Shown here piece by piece: positions 17,649 through 27,578 of a stretch of DNA of 44,350 nucleotides. Source of the stretch: a virus; UHGV virus genome UHGV-0187309; one strand, 5' to 3'. Position numbers and translations under genes: made by a program. The number at the start of each line of letters is the position of its first letter. Position 1 is the stretch's first letter. The notes below the pieces were generated by a model that saw only the letters and a program-made list of their open reading frames with translations, made no database searches and was not told the DNA's origin.

Positions 17649-20068
17649 ATTTTGTCAATATCCCAGATGTTCTGAAGCAGACCGCTTCTTTCTGTGTCTG
17701 GAAGCTGGAAAAGAGATCCGGCAGACCGACCAAAGTACCGTATAACCCTCGCACCGGTGCAATGGCGAGAACCAACGATCCGTCTACCTTTGCAGACTTC
17801 AATACAGCAATGAAATCCTATGCCATCGGCGGATGGGACGGTATCGGCTATCGTGTCAGCGAAGGCATCGGTGCAATCGACATCGACCACTGCATCCGTG
17901 AGGACGGCAGTCTCAATGATGTTGCAGCATCCATTCTCGGTATCTTCCCCGATGCGTACTTTGAGCGCAGCCCCTCTGGTACCGGCTTGCGCGGCTTTTT
18001 TCGCCTTTCTCCTGATTTCGCCTACGATAAGACTGTGTACTACATCAACAACCGAAAGCACGGTCTGGAGGTCTATCTTCCCGGTGTGACGAACCGCTTT
18101 GTGACTGTTACAGGAGATATGTTCCGCAATGGTGCAGTTACCCGAAATGACGGTTCCCTGCGCACACTACTTGATACCTTCATGAAGCGCAGCACCCGTG
18201 TATCTTCCAAGACTGTCGAGCCTGTGTCCTATCTCGATGATGACGGTGTTATCGCTCACGCATCGGCATCTGAATCCGGCGACAAGTTCAAAGCACTGTA
18301 TGCCGGTAACTGGGAGGAAGGCTACGATTCCCAGTCCGATGCAGATATGGCGCTTGTGTCTATCCTTGCATTCTGGTGCGGTAATGTCGAGGAGCAGATC
18401 GACCGTATCTTCCGAACTTCCGGTCTGATGCGTGATAAGTGGGATCGTATGACCGGAGACAGAACTTACGGACAGATCACGATCCGCAATGCTGTCGCTA
18501 CCAATTCCGCTGTCTATACACCGATTCAGGATTCTACGGCAGAAGATGACTTTGACGATATCGAGGGCGATGCGGAAAATGAGCAGCTTATGTTTGAGCC
18601 TGATCTCACCCATGTTTCCCTGACGCTGGAAGAAATGCAGCCGCACACGAATCCCCGCTATCAGCGTGACGAGATCGGCATCGGATATGCATTTGCGGAT
18701 TATTATAAGCCCATCGCTCGTTTTGACCGTGAGCGCGGCATCTGGTATGTCTTTGACGGGAAGGTGTGGCAGCCGGACGAGAATGCGCTTGCCGTGGCGG
18801 AGCTTGCAAAGCGTCTGGCAGACAGGCTGTATACCTTTGCCCTTCAGATCAAGGATGAGGACACACGCAACCGCTATATCAAGCGAGTGCAGAAGCTGCA
18901 AATGCGGAAGAACCGCCGCACCATGATCGAAGATGCGAAATCCGTGTATCCAGTGCCGCACGCTATCTTTGACCGCAATACCTACCTTTTCAACTGTCAG
19001 AACGGGACACTGAACCTCACCACAGGTGAATTCCGTCCGCACGATCCGGCAGACTTTCTCACCATGATGTCCGGTGTCACTTATGATCCGAACGCCACCT
19101 GTCCACGATGGGAGCAGTTCATTTCCGAAGTTATGTGTAATGATGCTGACCTCGCATTATACTTGCAAAAAGCCCTCGGATATGCGCTTACCGGCGACAC
19201 ATCACTGGAATGCCTGTTCATCCTCTACGGTGCAACATCCAGAAACGGCAAAGGCACCACAATGGAGACCTTTCTCAAAATCATGGGCGACTACGGCAAA
19301 ACCTCCAATCCGGAGATGCTGTCTACGAAATTCGGCAACACCAATGCTTCCGGACCGTCCGAAGAGATCGCCCGGCTTGCGGGTGTCCGTTTTGTCAATA
19401 TCTCCGAGCCGGAGAAGAAGATCACCTTCAATGCGGCACTGGTAAAGCGTATGACGGGTAATGATACACTGAATGCACGTTTCCTGCATGAGAATTCCTT
19501 CGACTTCCGACCGAATTTCAAGATCTTCATCAATACGAATTACAAACCGTCCGTTTCTGATATGACACTGTTTTACTCCAACCGTCTGAAGCTCATTCCG
19601 TTCAAACGCCATTTTGAGGAGCATGAGCAGGACAAAGGTCTGAAAGCATTTTTCAGTACGTATGTCTGCCTCTCTGCCATCTTCAACTGGTGCTATGAAG
19701 GATATAAGCGGTTCCGTTCCGAAGATCTGGAAGATCCGGCTGCTGTATCTCAAGCAACCAAGGAGTATCAGGAGGAGTCTGACCGTATCGGGCAGTTTGT
19801 GGATGCGTGGCTCGAAGAAGGCGAAGCATTTGAAGTCCGTACCTCTGCGGCATATAAGCTGTACGGTGAATGGTGCGATAAATATGGCTACCGCAAGGAA
19901 AACAGCACCAACTTCAATAACGCGATCCAGCGTTTCTTCCCCATCGTGCGTAAGCGCCCGAACGATACTAAGGGTGCGCAGAAAACAACGATGCTTGTGG
20001 GCTGTCGTTTTCTGGAGCATGAAAACGGCGAAGCTGACGAACCAGAGGAGTTTGCAGCTTTGGAGTAA
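17639..20068 (+). CDS. Phage/plasmid primase (prim-pol N-terminal domain plus D5-like SF3 helicase region)
   Basis: 809 aa; Walker A YGATSRNGKGT, primase C-terminal region, typical phage replication-module position. Confidence 0.85.
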   Translation: MPVNFVNIPDVLKQTASFCVWKLEKRSGRPTKVPYNPRTGAMARTNDPSTFADFNTAMKSYAIGGWDGIGYRVSEGIGAIDIDHCIREDGSLNDVAASILGIFPDAYFERSPSGTGLRGFFRLSPDFAYDKTVYYINNRKHGLEVYLPGVTNRFVTVTGDMFRNGAVTRNDGSLRTLLDTFMKRSTRVSSKTVEPVSYLDDDGVIAHASASESGDKFKALYAGNWEEGYDSQSDADMALVSILAFWCGNVEEQIDRIFRTSGLMRDKWDRMTGDRTYGQITIRNAVATNSAVYTPIQDSTAEDDFDDIEGDAENEQLMFEPDLTHVSLTLEEMQPHTNPRYQRDEIGIGYAFADYYKPIARFDRERGIWYVFDGKVWQPDENALAVAELAKRLADRLYTFALQIKDEDTRNRYIKRVQKLQMRKNRRTMIEDAKSVYPVPHAIFDRNTYLFNCQNGTLNLTTGEFRPHDPADFLTMMSGVTYDPNATCPRWEQFISEVMCNDADLALYLQKALGYALTGDTSLECLFILYGATSRNGKGTTMETFLKIMGDYGKTSNPEMLSTKFGNTNASGPSEEIARLAGVRFVNISEPEKKITFNAALVKRMTGNDTLNARFLHENSFDFRPNFKIFINTNYKPSVSDMTLFYSNRLKLIPFKRHFEEHEQDKGLKAFFSTYVCLSAIFNWCYEGYKRFRSEDLEDPAAVSQATKEYQEESDRIGQFVDAWLEEGEAFEVRTSAAYKLYGEWCDKYGYRKENSTNFNNAIQRFFPIVRKRPNDTKGAQKTTMLVGCRFLEHENGEADEPEEFAALE

Positions 20069-20374
20069 AAGTAGACTTTTCTCCGTATTTACGCTGTTTT
20101 CCGCAGTTGGGGCAGCGTGGGGCAAGTTTTTTCGGTGGTTATTATTATTACTTCTCTTTATATATATTACTATTTTTACTTGCCCCTACTTGCCCCAAAT
20201 AAATAAAAACAATAGAAAAGATAAGAAGAATAGAGGATTTTCACTGATTTGAACCATTACCCATTTTGCACTGTTTTGAACCTTGCCCGATGCTGTCACT
20301 GACAAAGAGTGTGTAAGCGACAAAGCGTGGCAAGGTCAAAATCCAATAAACAATCATACAGGAGGAACACGAAT

Positions 20375-21469
20375 ATGAGAATCATTACTTCAGAACAGGT
20401 ATCCGCAGGACATCCCGACAAGATCTGTGACCAAATCGCGGATGCCATCGTGACAGACTGCCTTCAGCATGACCGCAGCAGTCGTGTTGCGATAGAGTGT
20501 CTTTTCAAGAACCGCTGTCTTGTGATCGCCGGTGAGCTGACCAGTACCCATGAGCCGGACTACAAGGCTCTGGTGCAGCAGGTGTTCGACCGTATCAACA
20601 ACGGCGGAGCTGAGAACAGCGATGCGGGACTTGACTACAAGCTGGACTTCACCGCCGATGATCTGGACATTGCGATTCTGGTCGATCACCAGAGCAATGA
20701 CATTGCGCTCGGTGTGAATGTCGGCGGTGCAGGAGATCAGGGTATGATGTACGGCTATGCGACCAACGAAACGCCGGAGATGCTCCCGATCCCCTTCGTG
20801 CTGGCTACCAGATTTCTGGAACTGCTGAAAGCCTACCCCTGCCGTATGCTGAAAGCCGATGCAAAGGCACAGGTCAGCTATGACTATGACAGCGGTCGCA
20901 TTACCACCTTCCTCTGCTCGGTGCAGCATACACACGATGTGGATGTTGAGGACTTCAAGCCCATCATCGAAAAGCTGATGGTGAGAACGGCAACCGAATA
21001 CGGGCTGAATACAGACTTTGCAAAGCTCGTCAACCCGACCGGCAGATTTGTCATAGGCAGTTCCTTTGCGGACTGCGGCGTTACCGGACGCAAGCTCGCC
21101 TGCGATACCTATGGCGGTATCGGGCATATCGGCGGCGGTGCAATGTCCGGCAAAGATCCGTCTAAGGTTGACCGCAGCGGCGCATATGCAGCAAGAAAAA
21201 TCGCAAGGGATATCGTCAGCGCCGGATATTCAGACAAGGCAGAGGTGCAGATCGCATACGCCATCGGTGTGGCAGAGCCCGTATCCGTGTATGTAGAGAC
21301 TTTTGGCACGGAGCATCAGGATACGGAGTTCATCAACCAGTATGTTCGTGAGAATTATGACCTCACGCCGAGGGGAATCATCGAAGGGCTGCATCTGCTC
21401 GATGTGGACTATAACGCCATTTCCGCATACGGACACTTCGGAAAACAGAACCTTCCGTGGGAACTATAA
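20375..21469 (+). CDS. metK: S-adenosylmethionine synthetase
   Basis: GHPDKICDQIADAI, GGGAMSGKDPSKVDRSGAYAAR and overall MetK architecture; AGGAGGA RBS. Confidence 0.9.
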   Translation: MRIITSEQVSAGHPDKICDQIADAIVTDCLQHDRSSRVAIECLFKNRCLVIAGELTSTHEPDYKALVQQVFDRINNGGAENSDAGLDYKLDFTADDLDIAILVDHQSNDIALGVNVGGAGDQGMMYGYATNETPEMLPIPFVLATRFLELLKAYPCRMLKADAKAQVSYDYDSGRITTFLCSVQHTHDVDVEDFKPIIEKLMVRTATEYGLNTDFAKLVNPTGRFVIGSSFADCGVTGRKLACDTYGGIGHIGGGAMSGKDPSKVDRSGAYAARKIARDIVSAGYSDKAEVQIAYAIGVAEPVSVYVETFGTEHQDTEFINQYVRENYDLTPRGIIEGLHLLDVDYNAISAYGHFGKQNLPWEL

Positions 21470-21495
21470 TAAATTTTTTGAAATTTTTTTTGATT

Positions 21496-21537
21496 GGATA
21501 CCCACAAAATGCCCTCTCCCACGACAGTATATGAGGG
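21496..21537 (+). repeat. Copy 2 of the ~43 bp direct repeat seen at 7669-7711
   Basis: GGATACCCACAAAATGCCCTCTCCCACGACAGTATATGAGGGG; lies between metK and the HNH gene. Confidence 0.7.
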
Positions 21538-21632
21538 GCGTTGTTCAGACCGACCACAAACACACTACAAACCAAGCGGGACTGACCGCCCCTATCACTA
21601 TGCAACACCACTGTGGAAAGGAGGCAGAGACA

Positions 21633-21992
21633 ATGCCAAGCAGACCAAAAACACCATGCAGACACCCCGGCTGTGCTGCGCTCGTACCTTATGGCACCAA
21701 GTATTGTGACAAGCACCGTTCTCTCCATCCGGAGGACACACGCTCCGCAGGCAGTCGAGGCTATGGCACCACATGGAACAAGACCCGCAAGCGTTACCTT
21801 GAGACGCATCCGCTGTGCGTGGAGTGCATGAAGCAAGGGCGCTATATCAAGGCGACCGATGTCGATCACATCATGCCGCACCGAGGAGACAATGTTCTCT
21901 TCTGGGATCAGAGCAACTGGCAGAGCCTCTGCCACCGACACCACAGCATCAAGACCCGAAATGAGGATCACACCCCCGAGTACAAGTACTAA
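21633..21992 (+). CDS. HNH endonuclease
   Basis: 119 aa; CxxC pairs plus DVDHIMPHRGDNVLFWDQSNWQSLCHRHH HNH core; AAAGGAGG RBS. Confidence 0.8.
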   Translation: MPSRPKTPCRHPGCAALVPYGTKYCDKHRSLHPEDTRSAGSRGYGTTWNKTRKRYLETHPLCVECMKQGRYIKATDVDHIMPHRGDNVLFWDQSNWQSLCHRHHSIKTRNEDHTPEYKY

Positions 21993-22450
21993 ACGCAAGC
22001 CACACTCACTATCGTTGCAGTTCAGGCAGTCTCAGGGGTGTACCTATGGGCGGGGCTGGGGGCTGGGGTTGCCCGCCGGGGCGGGTTCACTTCTCTGTGT
22101 GAAAGCGAACACAAGACCGTCGGCCCCTCTCGTGTGAAAAAACGCGAATTTGCAAGGGCCCCGGTCATTTGGGACCCTGACAGAGATATATTAGCTGTAA
22201 ATGAAATACTGTGCAGAAAACAGAAAACGCAGATTTTTCGTGCTTTTCCATATGCTGCCGTAGGAAACTGCGGCGGCAGGATACATACAGAGTTTCGTTA
22301 CAAAATGCACTGTAAAACGGCGAATTTACGTCAAAAAGCGATAGAATTAGCACATTTTTAGCGCCAAACCGCATTTTACAGTTTTATTCTTGGCGGAGCC
22401 CGTGTGGATACCGAAAACCGCATAAAATCAGAAGTTTCGAGGTGAATCAG

Positions 22451-22756
22451 ATGACAGATTCTCAAAAATATCAAGTACGAATTATGCGGATGCAGGGCAT
22501 TGGATATAAGGCAATAGCAAGGTCGCTGGGCTTGAAAACCAATCAGGTGCAGCTCTTTTGCAAGGCTCACGGTCTTGCAGGAGACAATCATCTGGTCGAT
22601 GTCAACTATCAAATCTGGTGTCAGCAAAACAACCGCTGTCCGGTCTGCGGTGCAAAGGTCACCCAGCCGAGGACAGGACGGCGAAAACGCTTCTGTTCCG
22701 GACGGTGCAGAACAAGATATTATCGTGAAAAACTGGAGGAATCAAAATGCTTGTAA
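22451..22756 (+). CDS. Small HTH plus zinc-ribbon DNA-binding protein
   Basis: HTH-like GIGYKAIARSLGLKTNQVQLF and Cys4 ribbon CPVCG...CSGRC; GAGGTGA RBS. Confidence 0.65.
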   Translation: MTDSQKYQVRIMRMQGIGYKAIARSLGLKTNQVQLFCKAHGLAGDNHLVDVNYQIWCQQNNRCPVCGAKVTQPRTGRRKRFCSGRCRTRYYREKLEESKCL

Positions 22757-22932
22757 CCGTTTTGTGCCTTACTTACATGATGATCATCATCCTGATCCAT
22801 GCGATCTGGATATCTTCGATCATCAAGCATGACGGGAAATGCCACTACAACGACTGCGGTCACTGTCCGTATGACGCCTGGTGTCCGATGCAGGAGGAAA
22901 AACATGACACTGACAGAGAACTTCATTCGTGA
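22747..22932 (+). CDS. Small hydrophobic/Cys-containing hypothetical protein
   Basis: 61 aa ORF overlapping neighbours; hydrophobic N-terminus LVTVLCLTYMMIIILIHAIWI; weak support. Confidence 0.35.
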   Translation: MLVTVLCLTYMMIIILIHAIWISSIIKHDGKCHYNDCGHCPYDAWCPMQEEKHDTDRELHS

Positions 22933-23389
22933 TGCGATACAGCTTGACAGCGGTGCAGAGGTCATGTACGGCAGCGATCAGATCTATGACACCTACCCCT
23001 GCCGCTTTCCGACTGTCGAGTTCCAGCTCATGGCAACGGATGCACTTGCGGAGGTCGCAGACCGCATCCGAATGGAGAAAGGCTATCTCCCGATGCATCC
23101 GAGGGACGGGCGCACGGACGATGTTGACAATGACGGCTGGTACGACTTTTATATCGGGATTAGCAAGCTCCCCAGCGATCATAAGGAATGCAAACTTGAC
23201 AGCAGCATTAGTTTCGTGGTCGTCAATTCAGATTCCGATGACAACGAGGATATGTACAGCATTGACCTGACTGAAACAGAGCAGGCGTATGTGTATGAAA
23301 TACTGAACCGGCAATGCCGGAGATATCACGGGAAGGACTGTGCCACGCTTCTGGCAGAGTCTGAAAAGGAGCTGATGGATACAGCATGA
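22904..23389 (+). CDS. Hypothetical protein
   Basis: 161 aa from ATG 22904 with CAGGAGGAAA RBS; stop overlaps nrdD start. Confidence 0.65.
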   Translation: MTLTENFIRDAIQLDSGAEVMYGSDQIYDTYPCRFPTVEFQLMATDALAEVADRIRMEKGYLPMHPRDGRTDDVDNDGWYDFYIGISKLPSDHKECKLDSSISFVVVNSDSDDNEDMYSIDLTETEQAYVYEILNRQCRRYHGKDCATLLAESEKELMDTA

Positions 23390-25527
23390 GGATAATAAAA
23401 CGAAACGGCGCTGAGGTGCCGTATGACTGCGAAAAGATACGAGCCGCAATATCAGCGGCAAATGATGAAGTGCCGGAGAAGATATCAGATACAGTGATCG
23501 GATTCATTGTCGGGAATGTAGAAAAACGCTGTCATGCCCTTGCAAGACCTGTCCATGTCGAAGAAGTCCAGGACATGGTTCTTGATGAACTGGACAAGGC
23601 CGAGGCTTACAAACTTGCACGGCACTACAGTGAGTACCGCCTGTGGCATGAGCAGCAGCGCCGTATGAACACCACCGACGGCAAGATTCTCAGTCTGCTG
23701 GAACGCAACAACGAGGAGGCAAAGCAGGAGAACGCCAACAAGAACCCCATCATCAACAGCACGCTCCGTGACTATATGGCGGGAGAAGTCAGTCGGGATA
23801 TATGTCGGCGCTTCCTGTTTCCGGAGGATGTGATCGCCGCCCATGATGACGGCATCATTCATGTGCATGACCTCGACTACATCGCAGAGCCGATGCACAA
23901 TTGCTGTCTGGTGAATCTGGAGGATATGCTTCAAAACGGCACAGTGGTATCCGGTACTATGATTGAGAAGCCGCACAGCTTTTCGACTGCCTGCAATATC
24001 GCAACGCAGATCATTGCACAGGTGGCATCAAATCAGTACGGCGGACAGACGGTATCTCTGGCACATCTTGCGCCTTTCGTGGATATCAGCCGACAGAAAA
24101 TTCGTGCCGAGGTGTTCGAGGATGTGAACTGCGACTGCGGTGCAAAGCTGTCTGAAAAAGAACTGGACTACATCGTAGAAAAGCGCGTGCGACGGGAAGT
24201 CAAGCGAGGCGTACAAACGATCCAGTATCAGATCAACACGCTCCTGACAACCAACGGTCAGACACCGTTCGTGACGGTATTCATGTATCTGGACGAGGCA
24301 CCGGAGGGACAGACCAGAGATGACCTTGCACTCATTATCGAGGAAACGCTGCTTCAGCGTATCGAGGGCGTGAAAAACGAGAAGGGCGTGTGGATCACAC
24401 CGGCATTCCCGAAGCTGATCTATGTTCTCGATGAGGACAACATTCAGCCCGGTTCCAAGTATTACTACCTCACCGAGCTTGCGGCGAAGTGTACCGCAAA
24501 GCGTATGGTTCCCGACTATATTTCCGCAAAGGTGATGAAACGTCTGAAGGGTGATGTGTATGCCTGCATGGGCTGCCGGTCATTCCTGACACCTTCTGCC
24601 GACCACAAATACTACGGCAGATTCAATCAGGGAGTCGTCACGATCAACCTTGTGGATGTTGCGTGTAGCGCAGGCGGAGACGAAGATAAATTCTGGCAGC
24701 TTCTTGATGAACGCTGCGAACTGTGCCGCAAGGCTCTGATGTGCAGGCATGAACGTCTGAAAGGTACGCCGTCCGATGTTGCACCGATCCTCTGGCAGTA
24801 TGGCGCACTTGCGAGACTGAAGAACGGTGAGGTCATTGACAATTTGCTGTATAACAACTACAGCACGATCTCCCTCGGCTATGCCGGCATCGCGGAAATG
24901 ACCTACCGCATGACAGGCTGTTCGCATACAGAGTCGGAGGGAAAATCCTTCGCCATTTCAGTGATGCATTTTCTGAACGATAAGTGCAGCAAATGGAGAG
25001 CTGAAAGCAATATCTCGTTCTCGCTATACGGCACGCCGATGGAATCTGTGACCTACAAATTTGCAAAGTGTCTGCAAAGGCGGCATGGTATTATTCCGCA
25101 CGTCACGGACAGGAGCTACATTACCAACAGCTATCATGTCCATGTGACAGAGCCGATCGACGCCTTCAGCAAGTTGTCCTTTGAAGCGGAGTTTCAGGAG
25201 CTTTCTCCCGGCGGTGCGATTTCGTATGTAGAAGTGCCGAACCTTCAGAACAACATTCCTGCGGTTCTGGCACTCATGAAACACATTTACGAAACGATTT
25301 TATATGCTGAACTCAACACTAAGTCCGACTACTGTCAGGCTTGTGGCTATGACGGGGAGATGCAGATCGTGGAAGAGGACGGCAAGCTGATCTGGGAATG
25401 CCCGAACTGCGGCAACCGTGACCAGCGGACAATGAATGTCTGCCGCCGCACCTGCGGATATCTCGGAACGCAGTTCTGGAATCAAGGGCGCACACAGGAG
25501 ATCGCAGAAAGGGTGATGCACCTGTGA
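23386..25527 (+). CDS. nrdD: Anaerobic ribonucleoside-triphosphate reductase (class III RNR)
   Basis: N-terminal ATP-cone, C-terminal Zn ribbon CQACGY...CPNCG, glycyl-radical motif RRTCGYLG. Confidence 0.9.
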   Translation: MRIIKRNGAEVPYDCEKIRAAISAANDEVPEKISDTVIGFIVGNVEKRCHALARPVHVEEVQDMVLDELDKAEAYKLARHYSEYRLWHEQQRRMNTTDGKILSLLERNNEEAKQENANKNPIINSTLRDYMAGEVSRDICRRFLFPEDVIAAHDDGIIHVHDLDYIAEPMHNCCLVNLEDMLQNGTVVSGTMIEKPHSFSTACNIATQIIAQVASNQYGGQTVSLAHLAPFVDISRQKIRAEVFEDVNCDCGAKLSEKELDYIVEKRVRREVKRGVQTIQYQINTLLTTNGQTPFVTVFMYLDEAPEGQTRDDLALIIEETLLQRIEGVKNEKGVWITPAFPKLIYVLDEDNIQPGSKYYYLTELAAKCTAKRMVPDYISAKVMKRLKGDVYACMGCRSFLTPSADHKYYGRFNQGVVTINLVDVACSAGGDEDKFWQLLDERCELCRKALMCRHERLKGTPSDVAPILWQYGALARLKNGEVIDNLLYNNYSTISLGYAGIAEMTYRMTGCSHTESEGKSFAISVMHFLNDKCSKWRAESNISFSLYGTPMESVTYKFAKCLQRRHGIIPHVTDRSYITNSYHVHVTEPIDAFSKLSFEAEFQELSPGGAISYVEVPNLQNNIPAVLALMKHIYETILYAELNTKSDYCQACGYDGEMQIVEEDGKLIWECPNCGNRDQRTMNVCRRTCGYLGTQFWNQGRTQEIAERVMHL

Positions 25528-25991
25528 ATTACTGCGGTCTGAATAAAAACGATATTGCCAACGGTGAAGGTGTGCGTGTGTCGCTGTTCGTGTCCGGATG
25601 CCGGAATCACTGCATCGGCTGTCACAATCCCGAAGCATGGGATTTCGGCTACGGTCAGCCGTTTACCAAAGAAACCGAAAAAGAGATCATCGAAGCCCTG
25701 CGTCCTTCTTGGATACAGGGCATTTCTATACTCGGCGGTGAACCCTGCGAGGAGGAAAACGAGCGTGTTCTGATACCGTTTCTGAAACGGATAAAACTTG
25801 AGTCTCCGAATTCGGACACTTGGCTGTTCTCCGGATACACCTACGAAATGCTTCAGAATGATGAGATTCTCAAATACATTGATGTGCTTGTGGACGGGCC
25901 GTTCCTGATGGAACAGAAGAACATCTCCCTTGCATTCCGGGGCAGTCGGAATCAACGAATCCTCCGATTAAGAAATGGGGTGCGTGTATGA
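25524..25991 (+). CDS. nrdG: Anaerobic RNR activating protein (radical SAM)
   Basis: CRNHCIGCHN radical-SAM-type Cys motif; size and position immediately after nrdD. Confidence 0.85.
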   Translation: MNYCGLNKNDIANGEGVRVSLFVSGCRNHCIGCHNPEAWDFGYGQPFTKETEKEIIEALRPSWIQGISILGGEPCEEENERVLIPFLKRIKLESPNSDTWLFSGYTYEMLQNDEILKYIDVLVDGPFLMEQKNISLAFRGSRNQRILRLRNGVRV

Positions 25992-26305
25992 GAGCCAGAC
26001 TGAAACCGCCGGGAGATGCTGTCCGCTGCGATGCCTGCGGATGTGCCTTTGTGCCGGAGCCGAAAATGCAGCGTGAGGGAGAGATCGAATACAGCTTCCT
26101 CAACTGTGATTACTGTGGCAAAGCGTATATCGTGTCTGTGACCGATGCCGCACTCCGCCGGAGCATCCGCAAGTACCGGACGCTTGCCGAAAAGCTGAAG
26201 GGCAAGCCGTTGAGTGAAGATACGCTCCGTGAGGTCACGGCGCTGAAGGATGCGAACACAAAAAGAGCCGCAGAGCTGCGGCAGATGTATATTCGGGAGG
26301 GATGA
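25988..26305 (+). CDS. Small zinc-ribbon hypothetical protein
   Basis: CDACGC...CDYCG Cys4; translationally coupled between nrdG and the methyltransferase. Confidence 0.6.
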   Translation: MRARLKPPGDAVRCDACGCAFVPEPKMQREGEIEYSFLNCDYCGKAYIVSVTDAALRRSIRKYRTLAEKLKGKPLSEDTLREVTALKDANTKRAAELRQMYIREG

Positions 26306-26306
26306 G

Positions 26307-27578
26307 ATGAAAACAGCAGAACTTCGCATGATCCCTGTCTCGGAGCTGAAGCCTGCGGAATACAATCCGCGTAAAAAGCTGAAGCCCGGCGACAAGGAAT
26401 ACGAGAAGATCAAAAACAGCATCGAGGAATTCGGCTTTGCCGACCCGCTTGTTGTCAACGCCGACATGACGATCATCGGCGGACACCAGAGACTGACCGT
26501 AGCAACGGCGCTCGGTTACACGGAAGTTCCGTGTGCGGTGGTGGACATCGACAAAGTCCGTGAGAAGGCACTGAACATTGCGCTGAATAAGATCACGGGT
26601 GCATGGGACGAGAATCTTCTGGCGGAACTTCTCGAAGATATCCAGAGCAGCGATTTCGACCTCGGCAAGACCGGCTTTGATCCGCCGGAGATCGAGCAGC
26701 TTTTCAATGCCGTTCATGACAAGCAGGTCAGTGAGGACAGCTTCGATGTGGAGGAGGAGCTGCAAAAGCCGACATTCTCGCAGCCGGGAGATATCTGGAT
26801 TCTCGGCAGGCACAAAGTCATCTGCGGCGATAGTACAATCGCAGAGACATACACCAAGCTGATGGACGGGCAGAAGGCAAACCTCGTCCTGACCGATCCT
26901 CCGTACAATGTGGATGTTGAGGAAACTGCCGGAAAGATCATGAATGACAACATGAGCGACAGTGATTTCTATAGCTTCCTGCTTTCCGCTTACAAGTGTA
27001 TGTATGACAGTCTTGCCGATGACGGCAGCATTTATGTATGGCACGCCGACACCGAGGGGCTGAACTTCCGCAGAGCGTTCAAGGAGGCAGGCTTCCAGCT
27101 TTCTGGCTGCTGTATCTGGAAGAAGAATTCTCTGGTGCTGGGCAGAAGCCCCTATCAGTGGATTCATGAGCCGTGTCTCTTCGGGTGGAAACAGAAGGGC
27201 AAGCATCAGTGGTATGCCGACCGCAAGCAGACAACTGTATGGGAGTATGACAAGCCCAAGAGCAGCCCCGATCATCCGACCACAAAGCCTATCCCGCTGA
27301 TGGCGTACCCGATCAAGAACAGCACCATGACCAACGGCATCGTTCTCGATCCGTTCCTCGGCAGCGGTTCGACACTGATCGCCTGTTGCGAGACAGACCG
27401 TGTTTGTCGGGGCATCGAGCTTGATCCGAAGTTCGTGGATGTCATTGTCAAGAGGTATCTGGCATGGTGCCAAGAGAAGCAGACCGCCGAGGTCGCATAT
27501 GTCATTCGTGATGGACAGAAGCTCACCTATGAGGAGGCTATCGCAGCGATGCCGCAGGGCGGTGATGCAGTTGAGTGA
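26307..27578 (+). CDS. ParB-like nuclease-domain / DNA amino-methyltransferase fusion (N6-adenine or N4-cytosine)
   Basis: N-terminal ParB-like segment (IPVSELKPAEYNPRK...GGHQR); methyltransferase motif IV TDPPY and motif I DPFLGSGST near the C-terminus. Confidence 0.85.
   Translation: MKTAELRMIPVSELKPAEYNPRKKLKPGDKEYEKIKNSIEEFGFADPLVVNADMTIIGGHQRLTVATALGYTEVPCAVVDIDKVREKALNIALNKITGAWDENLLAELLEDIQSSDFDLGKTGFDPPEIEQLFNAVHDKQVSEDSFDVEEELQKPTFSQPGDIWILGRHKVICGDSTIAETYTKLMDGQKANLVLTDPPYNVDVEETAGKIMNDNMSDSDFYSFLLSAYKCMYDSLADDGSIYVWHADTEGLNFRRAFKEAGFQLSGCCIWKKNSLVLGRSPYQWIHEPCLFGWKQKGKHQWYADRKQTTVWEYDKPKSSPDHPTTKPIPLMAYPIKNSTMTNGIVLDPFLGSGSTLIACCETDRVCRGIELDPKFVDVIVKRYLAWCQEKQTAEVAYVIRDGQKLTYEEAIAAMPQGGDAVE

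Noticed and set aside
18167-20125. Minus-strand ORFs of 291 aa and 307 aa inside the primase gene
   Set aside because: Fully embedded antisense in a gene with clear Walker A and primase features; no start context.
20390-21127. 245-aa minus-strand ORF inside metK
   Set aside because: metK on the plus strand is unambiguous; the antisense ORF has no motifs or RBS.
22040-22110. Possible tRNA in the GC-rich segment
   Set aside because: No cloverleaf can be drawn; lacks T-loop GTTCRANYC-like and D-loop features; better described as a G-run motif.
22038-22361. 107-aa plus-strand ORF in the metK-distal intergenic region
   Set aside because: Starts inside the G-rich tract with no RBS, translation is low-complexity (GLGAGVARRGG); region better explained as non-coding regulatory DNA.
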